From Gemmatimonadota bacterium (GTDB taxonomy: Bacteria > Gemmatimonadota > Gemmatimonadetes > Longimicrobiales > Gaopeijiaceae), in the NCBI GenBank assembly GCA_039589315.1, contig JBDHHQ010000101.1, forward strand, positions 1-14,538: a stretch of 14,538 nt of DNA, read 5' to 3'. The notes under the pieces are model-generated. The model had not been told where the DNA came from, did no database searches, and worked only from the letters and a program-made list of their open reading frames with translations. Within the stretch, counting starts at the first letter, position 1. Each line of letters starts with the position of its first letter. A program made the translations under genes and the position numbers. Positions 7,224-14,538 of the stretch are shown one piece after another.

Positions 7224-7250
7224 GCCTCGAGGCGTAGCGTAGCCCGAGGC
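7224..7250. terminator. Stem-loop between convergent genes
   Basis: GCCTCG (7224-7229) / CGAGGC (7245-7250) plus inner GGC/GCC. No U-tract. Confidence 0.3.
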
Positions 7251-7251
7251 C

Positions 7252-9417
7252 TCAGAAGACCCCGTCGAGGTACAGGTGGATGCGGAAGTCGTTTCCGCCC
7301 CGTACCGCCTTGGCCAGGTCGAACCGCAGGATCCCATCCAGGATGGACGCCCCGAGGCCGACCGAGGCGAGCCAATCGTCCGACGCGAGGAACTGCTCCC
7401 GGTCTCCTGCCCAACCGAAGTCACCGAAGGCGAGGAGCCGGAATGCCGGGAAGTCGTTGGCGAGCTCGGCTCGTCCCGTCCAGAACGACTCACCGAACCG
7501 TGTGCCCGCCCGGAAGGCTCGTGCCGTGCGGATGCCGCCCACCGAGAAGCCCCGCTGCACGGGTGGGCGCCACGCGGCGCCGGCCTGGGCCTGGAGGGCT
7601 CCGGCCAGCCCGAGGAACAGGGGTCTGGCCACGGTGACGGATGCGGCAACGCGCTGGTATTGAAAGTCACCGATGCTGCCTTCGGCGGAGATGAATCCGG
7701 ACGCCACCCAGCCCCTGGGGTCTATACCCGCCTGCCACTGGACCATGAGGGCGGCTCCGAACACGTCACCCTGCTTCGCCTCGATATTCGGCGGCAGCTC
7801 TCCACCGATGGGCCGGAGCAGGTAGACGTCGGTGAGCTTCTCGGCGGACGTCTGGTACTCGTAGAAGAAACGGAGCCGGGTCCGCGTCCGCCGGGCGGCA
7901 CGCACGTAGGCCACTTCCCCGCCGAGGGTCCGGTAGTACTGTCCGTCGTCCTGCCCGTCCACGACGTTCAAGAGCCGGGCCGCCGGGTCCTCCCACTCGT
8001 TCGTCGGCACCAGCCTGCGGAAGCCGGTGAGGGACCAACGCCGCTCCGCCGGGCCCCGCCGGAGCGAGAGCTCCGCGTTGGGCTCCAGGTCGAAGCCCAA
8101 ACGCACCATGCCGTAGGCCGAAAGTTCCGGAGGCACGGGCAGCTCAGCCGAAACGCCGGCGCTCAGAGCCTCGATCCGGTTGTAACGGAGCATTCCGTCC
8201 TGGAGACCGTAGGCGATGCGGGGGCCGAACAGGGTCTGCGTGCCGACGAGCTGATCGAGGTCGGACCGGATCTGTGCGATCTCGTCGGCGCTGAAGGCCT
8301 GGGACTCGGAGCTGACCACCGGCTCGGGCAGCTCCGGCGATGCCAGGAGCGAGTCGGCCGAGGGCACGAGCACGGTCACGTAGTACGGTTCCTCGCCGTC
8401 CCGCTCGACGCGCGTTTCCGCGCGGGACCAGCCTTCGGGTAACGGTCCCTGGAGCGGGATGTCGGAGTTGGCGTCGTTTACGCGGTAGCCTCCGACCGTC
8501 CACTCGAAAAGAACCGGGAAGTTCACGAAACGGCTGATCCTGAGCTCGGCCTCCGCTCCGAAGCGTCGGGGCAGCCAGTACTTCAGCTCGTGGAGGCTGT
8601 AATCCACCGTCACGTATTCGATTTCCGCCTCGATGGGCTTGAGGAAGCCGGGCACGTCGTCGGCCTCGTCGTCCTCGGCATCGATCTCGAGACTCCAGGG
8701 GCGGGCCGGCTTGAACGTGCCCCGGACGAGCGCCCCGGTGTCCTCATCGAACCAGAGGGACCCAGCGACCAGGTCGGGCTCCAGGAACCGGGGTTGGACA
8801 CGGACCTCGACCAGCGTGATGTCACGACTTCCGTCCGGCAGGCGAAGCCGCAGGGTGTCGCCCGACTGGTAGCGGTAGTGGAACGCGGCCGAGTCGGCGA
8901 GGGGATGATGCGCCGTCTCGTCGCCGAACACGATGCGTCGATCCCAGGGGTTGAAGTAAAGCGCCGGAGGGTCGCCCTCGTCGATGAGATCCTCGTCGAT
9001 CTCCTCGTTCACATCGCGTTGGAGCTCCTCGTTGTCTCCCAGCAGCGGCACGCTCCGGCGGGCGCCGATCCACTGGACCACTCGGTCGCCCCCGCGCTCC
9101 CAACGAATCCGTGCCACCCGATCCTGGGTGAACAGGCCTCGCTCTCGGCGGAATCGCCAGCCACCGACGCCGGCGTAGATGCGCTCGGACATGACTCCCT
9201 CGTAGCTCTCGATGCCCTCGTAGGCGGCGTCCCGCTCCGAGAGAGCCAGCCGGAGGATCTCCTGAACGTTCTCGTCCAGGTAGGTGTCTTCGGGGATGGA
9301 ATCGAAGCCGAACCAGCCCGGGGCGGTGGGATCGGCCTCGGCACCGGGCGTCGGGCGCACGTTGCTAGAGTCGGCCTGAGCCAACAGGGCGAAGGCGAGA
9401 AGCGGCACGGGAATCAC
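7252..9417 (-). CDS. Putative outer-membrane beta-barrel protein (Omp85/BamA-TamA-like C-terminus, uncharacterised N-terminal domain)
   Basis: Signal peptide (LLAFALLAQA), 721 aa. C-terminal half has amphipathic strands, RYNRIEAL, GGIRTARAF loop, FGDFGWA, SVGLG..LRFDLA, and terminal Phe. Confidence 0.75.
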   Translation of the reverse strand: MIPVPLLAFALLAQADSSNVRPTPGAEADPTAPGWFGFDSIPEDTYLDENVQEILRLALSERDAAYEGIESYEGVMSERIYAGVGGWRFRRERGLFTQDRVARIRWERGGDRVVQWIGARRSVPLLGDNEELQRDVNEEIDEDLIDEGDPPALYFNPWDRRIVFGDETAHHPLADSAAFHYRYQSGDTLRLRLPDGSRDITLVEVRVQPRFLEPDLVAGSLWFDEDTGALVRGTFKPARPWSLEIDAEDDEADDVPGFLKPIEAEIEYVTVDYSLHELKYWLPRRFGAEAELRISRFVNFPVLFEWTVGGYRVNDANSDIPLQGPLPEGWSRAETRVERDGEEPYYVTVLVPSADSLLASPELPEPVVSSESQAFSADEIAQIRSDLDQLVGTQTLFGPRIAYGLQDGMLRYNRIEALSAGVSAELPVPPELSAYGMVRLGFDLEPNAELSLRRGPAERRWSLTGFRRLVPTNEWEDPAARLLNVVDGQDDGQYYRTLGGEVAYVRAARRTRTRLRFFYEYQTSAEKLTDVYLLRPIGGELPPNIEAKQGDVFGAALMVQWQAGIDPRGWVASGFISAEGSIGDFQYQRVAASVTVARPLFLGLAGALQAQAGAAWRPPVQRGFSVGGIRTARAFRAGTRFGESFWTGRAELANDFPAFRLLAFGDFGWAGDREQFLASDDWLASVGLGASILDGILRFDLAKAVRGGNDFRIHLYLDGVF

Positions 9418-9603
9418 GGTGTGAACCGACCTCCTTGCCGATTGGATCGAGTGAGCGCCCGCGGTTGCAGGTCGGTGCGCTTCACGGCCGCGTCGACGTC
9501 AGGATGAGACGGCGAAAACGCGCGTTCTGCGCGGCTTGCCGCCCCCACGGGGCGACGATACCATCCACCTCCCTACCCAAGATTGTCACAGGAGACCCCA
9601 AGG

Positions 9604-11931
9604 ATGAACACGCGGCTCCTCTCAGCTTGCCTGGTCCTGGCCGCCGCCGGACAGGCATCCGGTCAAGGCGTTCCTGCTCCGGCGTCCCACTTCGGGTTCG
9701 AAGTCGGCACCGACCGGGAGCTCGCCGACTGGCACCAGCTAACGTCCTACTACGAGAAACTGGCCGAAACGAGCCAACGGGTGTCCGTGGACACCCTCGG
9801 GACCACTACGAGGGGGCTCCCGTTCGTGATGCTGACGATCACCAGTCCCGAGAACCAGGCCCGGCTCGAGGAGCTCCACACCATCCAGATGAAGCTGTCC
9901 GATCCGAGGACGATCGGGAGTCAGGCGGAGCTGGAGCGTCTCCTGGACGAGGGCAAGACGGTGGTGTTGATCACACATGCCATCCATGCCACCGAGGTCG
10001 GCGGTGCACAGACGGCGGCACGCCTCGCCCACCGCATGGCGTCTTCGAGCGACGCCCGCATCGCAGAGATCCTGGACAACGTGATCTTCCTCCAGATCCC
10101 TTCCCTGAACCCGGATGGTACGCAGTGGGTCGTCGATTGGTACAAGGAGTGGGTGGGGACGGAATACGAGGGAGCCACCTTGCCATGGCTCTACCAGTAC
10201 TACGTGGGCCACGACAATAACCGCGACTGGTACGCCTTCACACAGAAGGAGACGTGGCTCACGGTGACCGGGGCGCACAACGCCTGGCATCCCCAGATCG
10301 TGCACGACATTCACCAGATGGGTGGCTCGGGTGCCCGGATCTTCTTCCCGCCGTACATCGATCCCATCGAGCCCAACGTGGATCCGGCCATAGTGAGCGC
10401 CGTGAACCAGCTGGGATCCTACATGGCCGCCGACCTCACGGCCCAGGGCAAGGACGGCGTGGTGATCAACGCCATCTACGACGGATTCACGCCGGCCCGG
10501 GCATATCAGCACTACCACGGCGGTGCGCGGATCCTGAGCGAGACCGCGTCAGCTCAGCTCGCGTCCCCCGTCACGATAGATCCGGCGGACATCGGTGGTG
10601 GCCGCGAGTACGATGCCGCCGTCGCCAGCTGGAACTATCCACGGCCCTGGCGGGGAGGCGACTGGCATCTCTCCGACATCGTCGACTACATGGAGTCCGG
10701 GGCGCTCGCCCTGCTGACCAACGCCGCCAAGAACCGACGCTTCTGGCTCGAGAACTTCTACGGGATCAACCTGCGCGCCACCGAGGGATGGGACGCGTGG
10801 CCCGAAGCCTGGGTGATCCGGGCGGGCCGGGACAACCCGACCGGGTTGGCGTACGTCCTGCGGATCCTGGCCACGGCCGACGTGGAGATCCACCGGGCGG
10901 AGAGCGACTTCCGGGCCCAGGGCATGAGCTTCAGGGCGGGGAGCTACGTGATCCCCATGCAACAGCCGTACGCTTCCTTCGCCCAGACGATGCTGGAGGT
11001 GCAGCACTACCCCGACCTGCGCGAGTACCCGGGGGGGCCGCCGAAGCGTCCCTACGACGTCACGGGGCACACACTGCCGCTCTTGATGGGCATCGAAGCC
11101 GAGCCCCTCGAGGCCCTGCCGGCCGTGTCCCTTTCCGAGCCCATCGAGCCGCCGGAGGTCCCCTTCACGCTTCCGGCCGCCCTCACGGGCGACGGGGCCC
11201 CCCGCATCGGCGTCTACAAGTCGTGGCACGAGCCCATGGAGGGCGGATGGACCCGGTGGGTCCTGGATCAGTACGGGCTCCAGTACGACACCCTGGACCA
11301 CCATGACGTGAAGGCCGGCGACCTGGGCAGCCGCTACGACGTGCTCCTCTTCCAGGCGCAGGACCCCGCCACCGTCGTCGAGGGATATCAGGGTCGAGGA
11401 CCCATGCCTCCGGACTACCGGGGAGGGATCGGCGAGAACGGGTCCAGGGCGCTGCGGGAGTTCGTGCGGGGAGGCGGCCGTCTGGTTGCCATCGAGGAAG
11501 CCACCGATCTCATGATCGATTTGTTCGAGCTCCCGATCGCCAACCCGGTGGAGCGCCTGCCCACGGAGGATTTCTACGTTCCCGGCTCCATCGTCCGGCT
11601 GGACCTGGACGAGCATGCGCTCACGCAAGGCCTGGACGATCAGGTGGCCGGCTGGTACTGGCGGAGCAGCCGGGCCTTCGAGGTGAACGATCCGGCCGTC
11701 TCGATCGCGGCCTACTATGGCGAGGGCAATCCCGTGGCATCAGGATGGATCCTGGGACCGGAGCATCTGGCCGGAATGCCGGCTCTCGTGGAGGCCAGGG
11801 TGGGAGAGGGGTCCGTGGTGCTGTTCGGGTTCCAGCCCAACTACCGGGCCCAGAGCGTGGCCACCTGGCCCCTGCTCTTCAACGCACTCGGGCCGCACCG
11901 GTCGGCCACCATGGAGGACTCCGGTACATGA
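9604..11931 (+). CDS. Secreted M14-family zinc carboxypeptidase with C-terminal GATase1-like domain
   Basis: AGGAG SD then ATG 9604. Signal peptide MNTRLLSACLVLAAAGQASG; M14 motifs HATE, NPDG, DNNRD, DIHQ; C-terminal YDVLLF..LREFVRGGGRLVAI..GSVVLFGFQP. Confidence 0.9.
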   Translation: MNTRLLSACLVLAAAGQASGQGVPAPASHFGFEVGTDRELADWHQLTSYYEKLAETSQRVSVDTLGTTTRGLPFVMLTITSPENQARLEELHTIQMKLSDPRTIGSQAELERLLDEGKTVVLITHAIHATEVGGAQTAARLAHRMASSSDARIAEILDNVIFLQIPSLNPDGTQWVVDWYKEWVGTEYEGATLPWLYQYYVGHDNNRDWYAFTQKETWLTVTGAHNAWHPQIVHDIHQMGGSGARIFFPPYIDPIEPNVDPAIVSAVNQLGSYMAADLTAQGKDGVVINAIYDGFTPARAYQHYHGGARILSETASAQLASPVTIDPADIGGGREYDAAVASWNYPRPWRGGDWHLSDIVDYMESGALALLTNAAKNRRFWLENFYGINLRATEGWDAWPEAWVIRAGRDNPTGLAYVLRILATADVEIHRAESDFRAQGMSFRAGSYVIPMQQPYASFAQTMLEVQHYPDLREYPGGPPKRPYDVTGHTLPLLMGIEAEPLEALPAVSLSEPIEPPEVPFTLPAALTGDGAPRIGVYKSWHEPMEGGWTRWVLDQYGLQYDTLDHHDVKAGDLGSRYDVLLFQAQDPATVVEGYQGRGPMPPDYRGGIGENGSRALREFVRGGGRLVAIEEATDLMIDLFELPIANPVERLPTEDFYVPGSIVRLDLDEHALTQGLDDQVAGWYWRSSRAFEVNDPAVSIAAYYGEGNPVASGWILGPEHLAGMPALVEARVGEGSVVLFGFQPNYRAQSVATWPLLFNALGPHRSATMEDSGT

Positions 11932-12698
11932 CGTGCCCACGCTGTGGCTCGGCCGCCACCGGTAGCTACTGCGCGTCCTGCGGTGCTTCGCTCAACCCAG
12001 AGGTGTGTCCCTCCTGTGGCGCGAAGCCGGATCCAGGAGACCGCTTCTGCAACTCGTGCGGGACCTACCTCGAGGCAAGGGCACAGGGCTCGGTGGGTGG
12101 AGGGAGCACCGCGCGCATGGGGTGGTACGCCGCTGGAGGCGTCATGGTCATCCTCATACTGGTGCTGGCCGGCCCGGTGCTCCGGGGTGACCGGCCCCCA
12201 CCAGCCCCGGGCGTGCAGGCGGGAGTGGCTCCGCCAGCCGGGGCAGGCAGCTCCACGGTGGACCTTGCCTCAATGACCCCCCGGCAAGCCGCGGATCGTC
12301 TCTTCAATCGGGTCATGACCGCAGTGTCGGCCGGCGACAGCGCAGAGGTTCAGGGCTTCTTGCCCATGGCGGTGGCTGCGTACGAGCGGGCCCGGCCCCT
12401 GGACAACGACGGGGCGTACCACCTGGCTCTTCTCCAACTCACGTCCCTCGACTTCGCGTCGGCGCTGGCATCGGCAGAGGCTGCTCTCGCCGAGTACCCG
12501 GACCACCTGCTCCTCCTGTCGGCCGCCGCCGAGGCAGCCAAGAGGATGGGCGACGCCGAGGCCGCGTCGGCATACTACCGCCGTCTGCTGGACGCTTGGG
12601 ATGCGCAGACGGCCTTGGGGCTGGCGGAGTATCAGATTCACGCCACCATGCTGCCCGAGATCGAGGCCGCCGCTCGCTCGTTCCTGGAAGGGGGCTAG
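11928..12698 (+). CDS. Double zinc-ribbon membrane protein with TPR-like C-terminal domain (256 aa)
   Basis: ATGA overlap with the peptidase stop and GGAGG SD. Four CxxC pairs (CPRC, CASC, CPSC, CNSC), TM helix (WYAAGGVMVILILVLAGPV), Pro-rich linker, Ala/Leu helical repeats. Confidence 0.85.
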   Translation: MTCPRCGSAATGSYCASCGASLNPEVCPSCGAKPDPGDRFCNSCGTYLEARAQGSVGGGSTARMGWYAAGGVMVILILVLAGPVLRGDRPPPAPGVQAGVAPPAGAGSSTVDLASMTPRQAADRLFNRVMTAVSAGDSAEVQGFLPMAVAAYERARPLDNDGAYHLALLQLTSLDFASALASAEAALAEYPDHLLLLSAAAEAAKRMGDAEAASAYYRRLLDAWDAQTALGLAEYQIHATMLPEIEAAARSFLEGG

Positions 12699-12701
12699 CG
12701 C

Positions 12702-13733
12702 ATCGGATCGGCGCGGCCTCCGAGGCGGGTCTTCCTGACGGGCGGATCCGGCCTCGTGGGCAGCCACGTGGCGGAGCAGCTGCGAGCGGCGGGGTCGGAC
12801 GTGCGGGCTCTCCAGCGTCCCCACTCCGACACGCGTCACCTGACCGACCTGGGCTGCGAGGTCGTGCAGGGCGACCTCACCGAGTCGGTGGAATCCCTCA
12901 CCAGTGCGATGCGCGGGTGTGATGCTGTCGTGCACACCGCGGCTGCCGTTTACACCAAAGGCTCGTGGGCCGAGATCGAGGCCGTCAACGTGGAGGGTAC
13001 GCGCTCCGTGCTAACCGGAGCAGCCCGGGTCGGCATCGGCCACGCCGTGCACTTGTCCAGCGTGGCAGTCTACGGCCTGCGCCCCGGCCCCATAGACGAA
13101 GCCACGCCGCTGGATGGGGAGCTCCGCAGCGGGGACGGGTACGCCCGATCCAAGAGGGCGGCGGAGCTGGTCGTCGATGAGGTGCGTCGATCCGAGGGCC
13201 TCGCCGTGACGGTCCTCCGGCCGGCCGCCGTCTTCGGGGAGCGAGATCGACTGTTCACCGTGCGTCTGGCACGCCTCGCCGCCCTACCGGTCATCCCCAT
13301 GCTGGGCCGGGGGGACCGGGAGGTACCCGTGGTCTACGCAGGCAACGTCGCGTCGGCCGTGGTTCGCGCACTGACCGTGGGGCCTGACGACACCTTCGTG
13401 CTGGCGGCGGACACCCCCATGTCGCAGCGGGATCTGGTTCTGGGGCTAGCGCGCGCGCTGGGCCGGCGACCTCGAGCGCTGCCGTTACCCACGGCGCTCG
13501 TCAGGGGCTCGGCGCGAGCCGCCGAAGGCCTGGGATTCAGCGCGCCCGGGGCACAGGGCTTGTCGCTCGTGCGTGCGGTCAGGCTGTGGACCGGTGGGAA
13601 TCCATACCGGACACAGCGCATCCTGGATGCTCTCGGCTGGTCACCCCCGTACGCCCTGGAGGCGGCCGTGGGGCGTACCGCGGCCTGGCTGGTCGGACGG
13701 ATCCCTCTTGCCCACGAGTCAGCCGGCGGGTGA
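12702..13733 (+). CDS. NAD-dependent epimerase/dehydratase (extended SDR); start codon uncertain
   Basis: In-frame RVFLTGGSGLVG motif begins at 12726, upstream of the ORF-track GTG (12756). Also VHTAA, VNVEGT, SSVAVYG, catalytic YARSK and LRPAAVFG. Start placed tentatively at ATC 12702. Confidence 0.85.
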   Translation: MGSARPPRRVFLTGGSGLVGSHVAEQLRAAGSDVRALQRPHSDTRHLTDLGCEVVQGDLTESVESLTSAMRGCDAVVHTAAAVYTKGSWAEIEAVNVEGTRSVLTGAARVGIGHAVHLSSVAVYGLRPGPIDEATPLDGELRSGDGYARSKRAAELVVDEVRRSEGLAVTVLRPAAVFGERDRLFTVRLARLAALPVIPMLGRGDREVPVVYAGNVASAVVRALTVGPDDTFVLAADTPMSQRDLVLGLARALGRRPRALPLPTALVRGSARAAEGLGFSAPGAQGLSLVRAVRLWTGGNPYRTQRILDALGWSPPYALEAAVGRTAAWLVGRIPLAHESAGG

Positions 13734-13886
13734 CCATGCGTGGCATGTCGAGCGGCCGGTGGGGTGGGCCGCCGACGGGTTCGGGACGGGGCGGCCAGGG
13801 GTGCAGGCCGCGCCAACGCGCGATTGCCCAGAGCCGCATCGTTGGCTTCCCGGGCCCGCCCTCACATCCGAGAGGAGCCTGGCCAG

Positions 13887-14538
13887 ATGAGCGATAGCGA
13901 CGCCTCCCCGGACCGGCGGACCCCCCCGGCGGTCCGAGAGACCGAAGACGAGCGCTTCCTGCAGAGCGTGGACATCGAGGAGCTCAGGAAGGCTCCGACG
14001 ATCGCGGTCGAGAAGGATGCCTGGCGCGTATTCCGGATCATGGGGGAGTTCGTCGAGGGATTCGACGAGTTGGCCACATTGGGGCCGGCGGTCTCCTTCT
14101 TCGGCTCGGCCCGGGCCACGCCGGAGGACCCCATGTACGAGACGTGCGCGGAAACGGCGCGCCTCATGGGTGAGGCCGGCTTCGCCGTGATCACCGGGGG
14201 CGGGCCCGGGATGATGGAGGCCGCCAATCGGGGCGCCAGGAGCGCAGGGGCGCCGTCGGTGGGTTGCAGCATCGAGCTGCCCTTCGAGCAACGGGGCAAC
14301 CCCTTCGTGGATCTGGCCATCGACTTCCGGTACTTCTTCGTTCGCAAGACCATGTTCGTGAAATACGCAGAGGCATTCGTGATCTTCCCCGGCGGGTTCG
14401 GGACGATGGACGAGCTGTTCGAGTCGCTGACGCTCATCCAGACGGGGAAGATCCGGAACTTCCCTGTCGTTCTGGTGGGGACCGAGTACTGGAGCGGCCT
14501 GTTGGAGTGGGTGCGGCAACGTATGGTCACGGAGGGCA
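13887..14538 (+). CDS. LOG-family / TIGR00730 Rossmann-fold phosphoribohydrolase, truncated at window end
   Basis: Manual translation from ATG 13887 (GAGGAG SD): WRVFRIMGEFVEGF..AVSFFGSAR..ITGGGPGMMEAANRGA..FRYFFVRKTMFVKY..PGGFGTMDELFE. Not in the ORF track because no stop lies in the window. Confidence 0.95.
   Translation, partial: MSDSDASPDRRTPPAVRETEDERFLQSVDIEELRKAPTIAVEKDAWRVFRIMGEFVEGFDELATLGPAVSFFGSARATPEDPMYETCAETARLMGEAGFAVITGGGPGMMEAANRGARSAGAPSVGCSIELPFEQRGNPFVDLAIDFRYFFVRKTMFVKYAEAFVIFPGGFGTMDELFESLTLIQTGKIRNFPVVLVGTEYWSGLLEWVRQRMVTEG

Noticed and set aside
7276..9507. Long plus-strand ORFs 7276-8442 and 8590-9507
   Set aside because: Antisense shadows of the outer-membrane gene, expected in high-GC DNA; no motifs.
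11745..11927. ORF-track start of the zinc-ribbon gene
   Set aside because: Overlaps the peptidase by over 180 nt; ATG 11928 has an SD and an ATGA overlap.
13731..13889. SDR stop is also in frame with the LOG gene through an open spacer (possible readthrough)
   Set aside because: LOG has its own GAGGAG SD and ATG; shared frame and a stop-free GC-rich spacer are likely by chance.
13719..14530. Minus-strand ORFs of 266 and 222 aa
   Set aside because: Shadows of the plus-strand LOG-family gene.

Overview
GC-rich bacterial chromosomal window that looks origin-proximal. Gene content and style suggest Gemmatimonadota, but this is inference only. Order: 3' part of mnmG (gidA); a CarH/LitR-type B12-dependent MerR photoreceptor with an 11-bp direct-repeat operator over a TTGACA -35; a perfect parS palindrome; a minus-strand lipoprotein; a parA-parB-M23 peptidase-bactofilin cluster; a hairpin plus DnaA-box-like cluster; Nif3/YbgI; a minus-strand outer-membrane beta-barrel protein; then M14 peptidase, double-zinc-ribbon/TM/TPR-like protein, extended SDR and a LOG-family gene running off the end (absent from the ORF track). 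No mobile elements, RNA genes or CRISPR arrays were seen. The most interesting signals are: ParAB overlapping an M23-bactofilin morphogenesis module; a CarH locus sitting where rsmG usually is, with a small divergent CxxC-x12-CxxC ORF as the only local candidate target besides itself; an SDR whose NAD-binding motif lies upstream of any canonical start codon; and a possible DnaA-box cluster.
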